A stretch of 64,000 bases of DNA from Lysobacterales bacterium (lineage in GTDB: Bacteria > Pseudomonadota > Gammaproteobacteria > Xanthomonadales > SZUA-36): positions 12,250-76,249 of the forward strand of contig DATDPS010000056.1 of the NCBI GenBank assembly GCA_035292625.1, given 5' to 3'. The translations under genes and the position numbers were made by a program. The notes under the pieces were generated by a model. It worked only from the letters and a program-made list of their open reading frames with translations. It did no database searches and was not told the DNA's origin. Shown here piece by piece: positions 50,504 through 59,825 of this stretch (the stretch's first letter is position 1; each line of letters opens with the position of its first letter).

Positions 50504-51838
50504 TCAGGTGTGAGGCGACACTGTGGGCAGGATTACCCGCACGCTGAGACCACCGCCCGCTGCATTGCTGGCCTGGATCTGTCCGCCATGGCGTCCAACA
50601 GCCGCGGCCGCAATGGCCAGCCCAATCCCATGGCCGCCACTGGAACGGTCACGTGATTCCTGCACGCGGTAGAACGGTTCAAAGATTTTTTCCAGCTCCG
50701 CTTCCGGAACACCGCTGCCATGATCCCGCACCACAATTTCCACTTTGCGGCCGGCCGCATCCGGTCGCAAGGAAAGCTCCACGCCGCGCTCCGGGTCGGT
50801 ATGGCGCAGCGCATTGCGCAACAGGTTCTCCATCGTTCGCCATAACAGCTCCCGGTCACCGTGGTATCCGATTGGGCCAGGTGACCGCCAGATAATTCCA
50901 GGTTTGCCCTCCGCCACTTCGTAGTTCACCACCTCCACCAGTTCGGTCAGTAACTCGGCCAAGTTTAGGTCCTCATCCTGTTTGGGCGTGTGCTCGGAAG
51001 ACTCACGCAGCAGGCCCAGCACATCATTGACCAGGGACTCCAGGCGCTCACCCTCGAGTTCGATGCGGTCCAGTTCAGAGCGGATGTTATCGGCACCCTT
51101 CTTGCGCGCAATCTCCACGGCCACGCTGAGGCGCGCCAGGGGTGAACGCAATTCGTGACTGACATCGCGCAACAAACGGCGGTTGGCCTGCTGCATGGTC
51201 TGTAAACGCTCAGCCATGACATCGAAGTCGGCAGACAACTGACTGAACTCATCGTGACGTTGCGGAAAAGGCTGACCCACGCGCGTATTCAAGTCACCGG
51301 CGGCGATTTTGCGCGTTGCCTGCCTCAGGCCTTCCAGGGGCGCAGTCAGGGAACGGGCAAGGAAAAAACTGACCAGTGCACTGATCAAAGCCGCGGCCAG
51401 GATACGCAAAGCCGTGCCCTGTGGACCCGGTGCGAGAATGGTTGTGGGCGGAATACGGTCAACCAGGTAAATGGTGAAACTGCTGCCGTCCCTGGCAGTG
51501 ACGGATTCGGCTTCCATGCGCCGGCGCCGCTCCTGCAGAATGCGCAACTCCTCGTCGCGCTGCAGCATCTCCCGTTGCTCGCTGTCGACGACATAAATGT
51601 AACTTCGTGAATAACGGGGTACCTGCAGCAATTCATCCCGCGCCGCCGTTGCGCCTTCCGCGGATAAGGAACTCTTCAGTCTTTGGCCAATGCGGAACAA
51701 TCCACGGGAAAATGTATTGGCGGGCTCCTCCGCCCATTGCTCGCGAGCCAATTTGTCATTGAGCCATCCTATGGTGGCGGAAAATCCCACGATGCTGAGC
51801 CACATGGTCAGAAATAGCTTCCAGAACAGGCTGCCCAC
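50504..51838 (-). CDS. Sensor histidine kinase (HAMP-HisKA-HATPase; CpxA/RstB-like)
   Basis: Two TM segments, a HAMP domain, the H-box DVSHELRSPLARL, and the G-box GHGIGLAIA. It lies downstream of the OmpR-type regulator. Confidence 0.85.
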   Translation of the reverse strand: MGSLFWKLFLTMWLSIVGFSATIGWLNDKLAREQWAEEPANTFSRGLFRIGQRLKSSLSAEGATAARDELLQVPRYSRSYIYVVDSEQREMLQRDEELRILQERRRRMEAESVTARDGSSFTIYLVDRIPPTTILAPGPQGTALRILAAALISALVSFFLARSLTAPLEGLRQATRKIAAGDLNTRVGQPFPQRHDEFSQLSADFDVMAERLQTMQQANRRLLRDVSHELRSPLARLSVAVEIARKKGADNIRSELDRIELEGERLESLVNDVLGLLRESSEHTPKQDEDLNLAELLTELVEVVNYEVAEGKPGIIWRSPGPIGYHGDRELLWRTMENLLRNALRHTDPERGVELSLRPDAAGRKVEIVVRDHGSGVPEAELEKIFEPFYRVQESRDRSSGGHGIGLAIAAAAVGRHGGQIQASNAAGGGLSVRVILPTVSPHT

Positions 51839-51853
51839 TGCCGTCAGCGGTTC

Positions 51854-52534
51854 CTAGGAAACACGGTACTGGTAGCCGATACCGCGGATGGTTTCAATGC
51901 GATTTTCACCATCGGGGCCGGGGCCAAGCTTGCGCCTCAGGTTGCTGACATGCATGTCGATGCTGCGGTCATGGGCAACCGGCTCCCGCCCCAACGCGGT
52001 CACGTAGAGGTCACGCTTGCTGACTACTTCACCTTTATGCTGCAACAGGGACTGCAGGATGCTGAATTCAGTGCTGGTCAATTCCACTGGCTCGCCGCTT
52101 TTGAGCAGTGTGCGGCTGCCCTGGTTCAGCTCAAGGTCTTCGGACTGAAGCAGGGGCTGCAAGGTTGGACCGCCGGAACGGCGAATTACAGCGCGGATAC
52201 GGGCCAGCAATTCACGCGGATTGCAGGGTTTGGGCACATAGTCATCGGCACCGAGCTCCAGGCCGAGTATCCGGTCCAGGTCGTCACCGCGAGCGGTCAG
52301 CATGATTACCGGCAAGCGGCTCTCCTTGCGCAGCTCCTTGAGCACATCCAGGCCGTTCATTTCCGGCATCATGACATCAAGTACGACCAGGTCCAGCCCC
52401 GCCTGACGGGCCGCCTGCAGTGCAGTGTTGCCGTTGTGGGCCAACTGCACATTGAAATCCTCGGACTCGAAAAACTCTTTCAACAGTTCGCACAGTTCGA
52501 CATCGTCGTCTGCAATCAGGATAGAGGTCTGCAT
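51854..52534 (-). CDS. OmpR-family response regulator (CpxR-like)
   Basis: MQTSILIADDDVELCELL, VLDVMMPEMNG, and a C-terminal IETIRGIGYQY winged helix. The ORF extends to 52591. Confidence 0.88.
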   Translation of the reverse strand: MQTSILIADDDVELCELLKEFFESEDFNVQLAHNGNTALQAARQAGLDLVVLDVMMPEMNGLDVLKELRKESRLPVIMLTARGDDLDRILGLELGADDYVPKPCNPRELLARIRAVIRRSGGPTLQPLLQSEDLELNQGSRTLLKSGEPVELTSTEFSILQSLLQHKGEVVSKRDLYVTALGREPVAHDRSIDMHVSNLRRKLGPGPDGENRIETIRGIGYQYRVS

Positions 52535-52671
52535 GGTTGGGTTCCGCACCTGCTGGCTTTGGCGCCATTCTATCCAATCCGTGCGGTCCAAACAGAAAAA
52601 AGCGGTGTATTTCGGCGCAATTCAGCCCCCGACCGGGGTGGTACAACAGAAATTCCAGTTATCCCTGCCGC

Positions 52672-53406
52672 TCAGGACGCGGGTCTGGCGGTCTCCGGCC
52701 TGATCTCGGCCAGGGCTTCATCCACGCTGGTATGCCGGATGTCACGGCCATACACCAGGTAGAAAATATACTCGGCGATATTCTGGCAGCGGTCACCCAT
52801 GCGCTCCAGGGACCGCGCCGCCCACAAGGCATTCAGGATCAGGGGGATGGAGCGCGGGTCTTCGGCCATGTAGGTCATCAGCTGGCGGGTGATGGAGCCG
52901 TATTTGGCATCCACCTTGTTGTCCTTGCGCACCACCTCGATCGCCGTGTCCACGTCCAGGCGGGCGAATGCATCCAACACCTGGCGCAGCATGTCCCGCA
53001 CCAGTCCACCCATGTGGCCCAGTTCCTGACGCATTTCTTCGTTCAGTGTGCCATGCTTGTCTTCAGCCACCATGCGGGCCACGCGCTTGGCCTCGTCGCC
53101 GATCCGTTCCAGGTCCGTGATGGTCTTGATGACCGCCATGACCAAGCGTAAATCGGATGCTGCAAGCTGGCTGCACGCGACGATGCGGGTGCACTCTTCA
53201 TCGATGGTGACATCCAGTGCGTTCACGCGGTAGTCATTGGCCATTACTTCACGGGCCAAAGCCGTATCCGAGGTGACCAGGGCTTGCGCCGCCTGGCCCA
53301 GTTGGGCCTCGACCAGGCCACCCATCTTCAGCACCTGGCTGCGCACGTTTTCCAGTTCTTCGTTGAACTGGCGCGATACGTTCCGGCCCATATTCAATTT
53401 ATCCAT
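52672..53406 (-). CDS. phoU: Phosphate signalling complex protein PhoU
   Basis: 244 aa with duplicated PhoU repeats (DLERIGDEAKRVAR and SLERMGDRCQNIAE). Confidence 0.92.
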   Translation of the reverse strand: MDKLNMGRNVSRQFNEELENVRSQVLKMGGLVEAQLGQAAQALVTSDTALAREVMANDYRVNALDVTIDEECTRIVACSQLAASDLRLVMAVIKTITDLERIGDEAKRVARMVAEDKHGTLNEEMRQELGHMGGLVRDMLRQVLDAFARLDVDTAIEVVRKDNKVDAKYGSITRQLMTYMAEDPRSIPLILNALWAARSLERMGDRCQNIAEYIFYLVYGRDIRHTSVDEALAEIRPETARPAS

Positions 53407-53451
53407 GTTCAGATTTCGCTCTTCAGCCGTAGTGGATGCTATGGTTCAATT

Positions 53452-53469
53452 GTGACGGTATTGTTACAG
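53452..53469 (-). promoter_or_regulatory. Pho box upstream of phoU
   Basis: The minus strand reads CTGTAACAATACCGTCAC, and the box ends 46 nt upstream of the phoU ATG. Both 7-mers match the half-site pattern with a 4-nt AT-rich spacer. Confidence 0.55.
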
Positions 53470-53534
53470 GCCAGCAATGAACTCATCCCGCGATTGCGTG
53501 TACCATCTGCTCAGCACCCCGACCCCAAAATGCG

Positions 53535-54539
53535 ATGCCCCGGAACAAAAGCCGAACAGTCATCATTCGAACCGCCACGGCCAGTGATCTACCGGCCATT
53601 GTCAGCCTGTCGTCCGGCATGGACCACAGGACGCCAGCGGTGATCCCGAACAAGCACAGGCAGCATGGTTCAGAGCTACGGGAACGGCTGCTTGACGGTT
53701 GTGTGTTGAGCGCCGAACGCGAGGGGGAGATCATCGCTGCCGCTGGCATCGACCTGGAAAATGGCGTGCTCAGTGTACTGGTTTTTACCAATCCCGCGAC
53801 CGCAAATGCACTCTTTGCAAAGCTGGTGGTGCAGGCGGAACGGTTGGCAGCATGTTTTGGCATGCGCAGGCTGGATGTCGCGGTGACCCCGGCAGTCGAC
53901 AAGTGGTTTGCCTGGCTCGGTTACACCCCCGGCCCTGGCGCCATGGGCCAGTCACCAAGTGCAAGAAAACGCCAACGGATCCACTTTTCACGGTCCCTGC
54001 TGCGTCGCCAGACCCGATTTGCCCGCCAGATCCGGGCCATCGGTGAGCAACTCGGCATCCCCGACGACTACGGCCGGCGGCATCGCCTCGCCCTGCAGAA
54101 CGAAGCGAGCCAACTCAGCAGCATCGGTCCCGATGTGTTTGGGCGGGAACAATTTCTTGCGCCAAACTGCGCGGCGGCCTGGTTTGGTATGCGCGCTGCT
54201 GCGTTCGAAGCAGGCGCGGAACTGCAGGCCGTTTCGGCATTTCGCTCGGTAGGATATCAGCGGGAACTGCTGCAAAAGAAATTGGACAAGGGGCTGACCA
54301 TGCTGGAGATCCTGTTGGTTTCAGCAGCGCCGGGTTACAGCGAACACCACTCTGGCTACGCCCTGGATATAAGTACTCCTGGCTTTGCGCCACTACAGGA
54401 AGAGTTCGAAAACAGCCCGGCTTTCACCTGGTTGCAAAAGCATGCGGGCACTTTCGGATTCAGGCTTTCATTTCCGCAGGGCAACCGGCACAAGCTGGCC
54501 TATGAGCCATGGCATTGGTGTTACGCTGGCAAAAGCTGA
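53535..54539 (+). CDS. Fusion protein: N-terminal GNAT-like domain + C-terminal M15B (VanY/LdcB-type) D-Ala-D-Ala carboxypeptidase domain
   Basis: The N-terminus is IIRTATASDLPAIVSL...REGEIIAAAGI..., which looks GNAT-like. The C-terminus has PGYSEHHSGYALDI and YEPWHW, the metal and catalytic motifs of peptidase M15B. Confidence 0.65.
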   Translation: MPRNKSRTVIIRTATASDLPAIVSLSSGMDHRTPAVIPNKHRQHGSELRERLLDGCVLSAEREGEIIAAAGIDLENGVLSVLVFTNPATANALFAKLVVQAERLAACFGMRRLDVAVTPAVDKWFAWLGYTPGPGAMGQSPSARKRQRIHFSRSLLRRQTRFARQIRAIGEQLGIPDDYGRRHRLALQNEASQLSSIGPDVFGREQFLAPNCAAAWFGMRAAAFEAGAELQAVSAFRSVGYQRELLQKKLDKGLTMLEILLVSAAPGYSEHHSGYALDISTPGFAPLQEEFENSPAFTWLQKHAGTFGFRLSFPQGNRHKLAYEPWHWCYAGKS

Positions 54540-54568
54540 CGCGGTGAGTGCGCTTGAAGCACGGGATT

Positions 54569-55033
54569 TCAGTGCACGGCTCCCGACACCCGCACTGTAT
54601 GCCCTGCCCTCCCTGTCACCCGCGCCGTCAGATCGAAAGGCAGGTGAATCTGCTCGAGGCCGAGCTTGACCAACAAGCCGCGCAGTTCGTGCTGCAACAA
54701 GGGGTACAGTTGTCGGGTCAAGCTGGCATGATTGGCCGTGAATTGGGCGATATCAATCGGCTCACCGCTGACTTGCTGGTAGATCGCCTCAAACCCGACC
54801 CGGGCTTTGAATGATGGCCCCGCCTGCCCTTCGCCGCCACCATGACAGGAAAGCCGCGCGCTGACCTGGTAGGCCGGCAGTGCGGCGCCTGCGTCGGCTT
54901 GCGTCGGCCGGGGTGTCAGGTTGAGCTCCACCCTGGCTTCCCTGGTGCCGGGTTCTTTTGACACATTGACCAATTCGGCGCTGAGCTCACTGGTCTGCAC
55001 GTGCTGTAACACAAAATGGTCCAGGAGATTCAT
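54569..55033 (-). CDS. SecB-like chaperone (paralogue, not at canonical secB locus)
   Basis: By-eye match to the SecB pattern: FVLQHVQTSELSAEL (beta1), YQVSARLSC, FKARVGFEAIYQQVSG, and LYPLLQHELRGLLVKLGLEQIHLPFDL (compare [29 protein letters not shown]). The likely start is MNLLDHF at 55033. The ORF-track start at 55138 overlaps alkA. Confidence 0.5.
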   Translation of the reverse strand: MNLLDHFVLQHVQTSELSAELVNVSKEPGTREARVELNLTPRPTQADAGAALPAYQVSARLSCHGGGEGQAGPSFKARVGFEAIYQQVSGEPIDIAQFTANHASLTRQLYPLLQHELRGLLVKLGLEQIHLPFDLTARVTGRAGHTVRVSGAVH

Positions 55034-55107
55034 AGGCAGCGCTTCGTTCCGGGGATCAACAGGATGCGACCATCCGTTGCGGGATTCAAGCCGGATTCGT
55101 CTTTTCT

Positions 55108-55731
55108 TCAACCATCCACCACGCGCCAGAAATACCAACTGGCGGCGGAACGGAATGGTGCAAGGTGCTGCGTTTTGCGCAGGACCTGGTCGGGTTTTGG
55201 TAATGACTTCATGCGATAAATGACCTGGACACCTTTTTGTATGCCGAGATCAGCTGCCGGCATGACATCCGGCCGGCCCAGGTTGAAAATCAACACCATC
55301 TGGGCAGTCCATGGACCGATGCCCCGCACCTGCACCAGGTTTTCCATGACCTCGGCATCACTCATACGGTTAATCCGGCGCATCGGGGCCAGGCTGCCAT
55401 CGAGTGATTTACGGGCCAGGTCCTGGATGGCAAGCGCCTTGTTCTGCGACAGCCCGACGGCTCTCAGTTCACTAATGGAAATTCCCTCGGCGCCAGCGGC
55501 ATCTGGTTGGCTGTTTTCAAACAGGGCGCGGAACCGGCCGTGTATCGTGGCGGCAGCCTTGCCGGAAAGTTGCTGGTACACGATGGCCTCCGATAGGGCC
55601 GAGAACAGGTCCTGGGGTTGTTCCACCTTTAGTTTCAGCGGTCCAAAGTGGCGTATGAATGCCGCCAGTGAGGGGCACTGATCGCTCAGGTACTGCACCG
55701 CTTCCTGGCGATTGTAACGCAGCCGCCTCAT
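55108..55731 (-). CDS. alkA: DNA-3-methyladenine glycosylase II family (HhH-GPD; AlkA-like)
   Basis: An HhH-GPD motif (LVQVRGIGPWTAQMVLIF..GRPDVMPAADLGIQKG). The start MRRLRYN at 55731 overlaps the upstream stop (ATGA). Confidence 0.8.
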   Translation of the reverse strand: MRRLRYNRQEAVQYLSDQCPSLAAFIRHFGPLKLKVEQPQDLFSALSEAIVYQQLSGKAAATIHGRFRALFENSQPDAAGAEGISISELRAVGLSQNKALAIQDLARKSLDGSLAPMRRINRMSDAEVMENLVQVRGIGPWTAQMVLIFNLGRPDVMPAADLGIQKGVQVIYRMKSLPKPDQVLRKTQHLAPFRSAASWYFWRVVDG

Positions 55732-56120
55732 GGGTGGCTGCGTCCTGGCAGGTGTGCCAAAGCCAGCCACAACCATGCTGCCATCAGGACCAAACCTCCA
55801 CCAGGCGCAAGCCAGCCAGGCAGCAGATCGATACCGCTGGCGCGCAAGTACAGGCTGCCGGAAAACAGCAGGGTGCCAAGCCCCAGCGCGAGTCCGCTGT
55901 AGGGCAGCGCCGGGTGATAATCCTTCGAGGGCAGCGCAGCTACGGCCAACATGGCCACCGCATGAAAAAGATGGATTTCAAGAGCGGTATGCCACAACCC
56001 CGCGTCTGCCGCCGTTGCGAATGACACGGAATGCGCGCCAACGGCAGCCAGCAAAACTGCCGCCAGGCCATACGCCGCGGCGCTGAAAGCCAACCATTGC
56101 CGGGCAGCGGATGGCGACAC
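55728..56120 (-). CDS. DUF423-family small membrane protein (YgdD-like)
   Basis: Four hydrophobic helices with GAH...H motifs (AAVGAHS, HLFHAVAML). A GTG at 56120 lies 2 nt after the DUF4340 stop. The ORF-track start is 56180. Confidence 0.6.
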   Translation of the reverse strand: MSPSAARQWLAFSAAAYGLAAVLLAAVGAHSVSFATAADAGLWHTALEIHLFHAVAMLAVAALPSKDYHPALPYSGLALGLGTLLFSGSLYLRASGIDLLPGWLAPGGGLVLMAAWLWLALAHLPGRSHP

Positions 56121-56122
56121 CG

Positions 56123-57184
56123 TCAGCCCTGCCCGGCGGGCGCCAGCAGGTCTTCCTTCCGCTTGGTCATGAGTTTCCATTGATATTCCGGAATGGAGTA
56201 AGCCCAGCCGCTGACTCGGAGGTTGATGTTTTTTACCCGTTTCTCGCGTTCAGCAGCAGTGGGGGCTTCGGTTTCGCCGTACTGCTGTGCCGATTCGCCC
56301 TCATCAGCCGCATAGGCAAAGGCCTTGAGGCGCAACCAACCGCTTTCTTCTGCGCTGATGAACTCAGCCTGGATCTCAAGTCCATCAGCCGTTAAAGCGC
56401 GCAACCGAGTCGACTGCGACCAGTCCAGCTCCGTGTCCGGTTTCACAGCCTCCAGGCGCAACCCCGCCAGGCTGCCGCCCAGCGCATTCACGCCGAAGGA
56501 AGACGCGACTTTCCGGCCTTTCGGAATGTCCGCCAGTGTGAAGTCCGTATCTTCCGCAGATACCTTGCTGATGCTGACTTTTTCGCCATCGGCATGGGCC
56601 AGGCTGAGCTCCACCACTTCAGCTTCCGCCAGGTCAATAATGTCGCGCTCCAGCCAATCGGCCGCTTCTCCGGAAACGCTGATCAAACGGTCGATCAGCA
56701 GCACCTGGTTCCCATCAGCAAACCGAACATATTGTCTTTCCCTGCCCTGCGCGGCATTTCCCACCAGCAGCTTGAGCATTTCCTCGCCCTCACCGATTTC
56801 CACCAGCACAGCGCTGCTGTCCCCGGCCGCAATATCGGTCACTCCCAATCGGTCGAAATAGTCAGGGTTTGATGTTTTCTGCTCGACCACCTTTGCCTGT
56901 GCCACGGCAGCCAGCAGCTCTTTGAGCCGGGCCCAGTCAGCCGGGTAGGAATGCGCTTCGTCCACCACCCAGCCGCGGTCCGCGCGGGTCATGCTGGCAA
57001 CTGGCTGCTGGCCGGCCCGCACGATGCGGACGCGCGCTATGTCGTTGACCCGCTGGTCCAGCCCCGGAACAAGTGGCGTGACTTCAAACACACTTTCTTT
57101 TCCGGTCTTTCCCGGCATCAGCAAAAGAACGGTGGCAACGGCGAGGGTTGCCACCAACAACCATGAAACATGCTTCTTGCTCAT
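56123..57184 (-). CDS. DUF4340-like periplasmic protein with N-terminal anchor (accessory of GldG-type ABC systems)
   Basis: 353 aa with an N-terminal TM (WLLVATLAVATVLLL). It is ATGA-coupled to the GldG-like gene upstream. The family call rests on context and architecture. Confidence 0.5.
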   Translation of the reverse strand: MSKKHVSWLLVATLAVATVLLLMPGKTGKESVFEVTPLVPGLDQRVNDIARVRIVRAGQQPVASMTRADRGWVVDEAHSYPADWARLKELLAAVAQAKVVEQKTSNPDYFDRLGVTDIAAGDSSAVLVEIGEGEEMLKLLVGNAAQGRERQYVRFADGNQVLLIDRLISVSGEAADWLERDIIDLAEAEVVELSLAHADGEKVSISKVSAEDTDFTLADIPKGRKVASSFGVNALGGSLAGLRLEAVKPDTELDWSQSTRLRALTADGLEIQAEFISAEESGWLRLKAFAYAADEGESAQQYGETEAPTAAEREKRVKNINLRVSGWAYSIPEYQWKLMTKRKEDLLAPAGQG

Positions 57185-59058
57185 AGTGCAGCTTGCTCCG
57201 CGTTTACATGGTCCGGTTGCCCGCGCCGGCGGCGCACGCCATACAGCGCGGCGATTACCAGCACCAGCAGTGGAACCAGCGCGATGTTGACGATTTTCAG
57301 GCGTGTGCCAAGCTTGTCGATGTCACCTTGCAGATCGTGCTGTACCTGACGCAAATCACGCCGGATTTCCAGTTTGCGATCCACGAAGCGTTGCACCTCC
57401 ACCTGCTGCTCGTCCGTCAGGACCATCAGATCGTCGCCGTCGCGTGCCGCCTGCAGTTCGGTCAGCTTGCGCTCGGTGTCGGCCAACTCCTGCTGCAACC
57501 GTTCCTCGGTGGAGCGGTATTCATTTTCGGCCTCCAACTGCAAGGCATTGACCCGGTCAAAAGGCCGTACTGAACTGGCCCGGGTCCGGATGCTGATCAG
57601 GTCGCGATTACCCAGCAGGTTGTCCACTGCATTGACCACCAGATCGCCATTGTCGGCAAAGGCGTTGACGATGCTTTGGCCCAAAAAGGCCTGCTTTTGC
57701 ACCCACACCCGATCGGTCAACACATCGGTATCGGCAAAGATCAGCACGTTGATTCCCTGTTCTCCGGATTGCGCCAGGTGCGCGGGGGCGTCAACACCCT
57801 CGGGCGCCGCCGCGAAAGCGGAGCTTGCAGCGCCGCTGATGCGTGCCGCCAGCGTGTAACGGTCGCCACTAGGATTGAAACCCTGCAGCAAATCGGTGGG
57901 ATTGGCCAGGAAGCGCAGGCGCGTTGCATCCATCGGAGCCGCGTTTTCACTGCTCTGGACCAGCGCCTCAATGTTGGTTTTGGCTCCTTCCAGAGGTTCC
58001 AACCAACCGGTAGAGGAGAAGTTCACCACCTCGAGGTCGGCACTGACTATGTCATCAGCGTTCATGCCCTCAACCGGTACCGAAAGGATGCCGATGTGCC
58101 TGGATTGGCCGCTACCGATACCAAATTGCAGGTCGCCGACAACCTGAAGGGCATTGAATTGTATTCCCCAGGCGCCAAGCAAGGGATCCAGGCTCGAGGA
58201 ACTGCCGGCCTGCATCTGTGCCATCGGGTCGCCGGGGTCGCCGCGATCTGACTCCGCCAGCGGGTCGATGAAGGCCAGCAATCGCCCGCCACCGAGCACA
58301 AACTGGTCAACCTGGTAGAGCATCTCGTCCCGCAGCCCACGAGGGTGCACCAGCACCAGGACATCGATATCTTCGGGCAGGACGCCAGCCTGTGGATCGA
58401 TGGTCTCGACATTGAACAACTGGCTCAACTGCGTGTACACCACCCATTCTTCCCGCATGCCCTGGGTGGCGGGGTCGTAGCCAGCCGCCATGGGAAGGCT
58501 GGAAAGCAGGCCTATGGTCTTGCGTTCTGGCTGGCCCAGCGAGGAAATCATTTTCGCCAGGTCGTATTCGAGAAATTTCTCCTTGGATGGCTGCAGGAAA
58601 GGCATGGTCTGCAAGCCATCGAGGGAGTTGGTCCCGGCGATCCCGAGGTACAGTGATTCGCCACTGGCGCCTACGGGAACGGCCTGCAGTCCATAACGTG
58701 CCGCATCATCCTCTTGTTCCGAAAACGGTTCCGGGTCCACCTGGTGAATCCGCACTTTGCCGGCGCTGCGGTTGGCGAACTCATCGAGCAGTTCTTCAAC
58801 CCGCAGGGCATAGCTCCTGATCTGTGGCAGGTCCCGGCTCGCCTCTGCGGAAAAGAACAGGTAAAGATCAACCGGCTCCTGCAGCCCGGCAAGCACGTTG
58901 CGCGTACCCTCGCTCAGCGTATACAGGCGGTTTTCTGTAAGGTCAATGCGCAAGCCGCGGAACAGCCTGTCTGATAACAGGCTGAGCGAGCCGAACAGTA
59001 CCAAAAGCAATACCAGAGAGGTAGCGGTATAAAATGTTTTTTTCTGCATGATCGGCAC
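57181..59058 (-). CDS. GldG-family ABC-transporter auxiliary protein
   Basis: 625 aa with an N-terminal TM, a large extracytoplasmic domain, a C-terminal coiled-coil (EERLQQELADTERKLTELQAA) and a C-terminal TM. It follows the ABC-2 permease. Confidence 0.65.
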   Translation of the reverse strand: MPIMQKKTFYTATSLVLLLVLFGSLSLLSDRLFRGLRIDLTENRLYTLSEGTRNVLAGLQEPVDLYLFFSAEASRDLPQIRSYALRVEELLDEFANRSAGKVRIHQVDPEPFSEQEDDAARYGLQAVPVGASGESLYLGIAGTNSLDGLQTMPFLQPSKEKFLEYDLAKMISSLGQPERKTIGLLSSLPMAAGYDPATQGMREEWVVYTQLSQLFNVETIDPQAGVLPEDIDVLVLVHPRGLRDEMLYQVDQFVLGGGRLLAFIDPLAESDRGDPGDPMAQMQAGSSSSLDPLLGAWGIQFNALQVVGDLQFGIGSGQSRHIGILSVPVEGMNADDIVSADLEVVNFSSTGWLEPLEGAKTNIEALVQSSENAAPMDATRLRFLANPTDLLQGFNPSGDRYTLAARISGAASSAFAAAPEGVDAPAHLAQSGEQGINVLIFADTDVLTDRVWVQKQAFLGQSIVNAFADNGDLVVNAVDNLLGNRDLISIRTRASSVRPFDRVNALQLEAENEYRSTEERLQQELADTERKLTELQAARDGDDLMVLTDEQQVEVQRFVDRKLEIRRDLRQVQHDLQGDIDKLGTRLKIVNIALVPLLVLVIAALYGVRRRRGQPDHVNAEQAAL

Positions 59059-59060
59059 CT

Positions 59061-59825
59061 TCAGTCGGCTTTACGAAGTTCCAGGATGACCGTATTCGCC
59101 ATCAGCCAGAACAGGATGACCAGGCCGAAATACACGACATCCCGTGCATCGAGCACGCCCTTGGAAATCGCCGCGAAACGGGTCAGGAAACTGAAATTGG
59201 CCACCAGGTCGAGCAGGCCCTGCGGCGCCCAGGCGCTGAACAGGCTCATGACCATGGGCAAGCCGCTCAGCAGGAAACCGAAGCACACCACCACGCTGAG
59301 TATGAAAGCCACCACCTGGTTGCGCGTCAGGGCGGACATGCAGGAACCAATGGCCAGGAAACCTCCAGCCATCAACCAGCTGCCGATGTAGCCGGTGAGG
59401 ATGACGCCGTTATCCGGATTGCCCAGGTAATTCACCGTCAACCAGGTGGGAAAAGTCAGCGCCAGGGCAATTCCGATGAACAACCACGCTGCCAGGAACT
59501 TGCCCAGGATGGCCTGCCAGGTGGTCAATGGCAGCGTCAGCAGCAACTCAATGGAACCGGAACGCCGTTCCTCAGCCCACAGGCGCATCGAGAGCGCTGG
59601 CACGAGGAACAGGTAGAGCCAGGCGTGAAACTGGAAAAAAGGCGCCAGATCAGCCATTCCCCGCTCATAAAATGAACCGATGTAAAAGGTGAATACGCCG
59701 GACATCACCAGGAAGATGACAATGAAAACCCATGCCACGGGCGTGGCGAAATAACCGGCGAGTTCACGGCGCGCCACGTTGAGTGCCGCGCTGCCAGCCG
59801 ATATTTGTTTTACTGATGAGTTCAT
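59061..59825 (-). CDS. ABC-2 type transporter permease (GldF-like)
   Basis: A polytopic protein of about 254 aa. The start MNSSVKQ at 59825 overlaps the ATPase stop (ATGA). The ORF-track start at 59906 lies inside the ATPase gene. Confidence 0.75.
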   Translation of the reverse strand: MNSSVKQISAGSAALNVARRELAGYFATPVAWVFIVIFLVMSGVFTFYIGSFYERGMADLAPFFQFHAWLYLFLVPALSMRLWAEERRSGSIELLLTLPLTTWQAILGKFLAAWLFIGIALALTFPTWLTVNYLGNPDNGVILTGYIGSWLMAGGFLAIGSCMSALTRNQVVAFILSVVVCFGFLLSGLPMVMSLFSAWAPQGLLDLVANFSFLTRFAAISKGVLDARDVVYFGLVILFWLMANTVILELRKAD

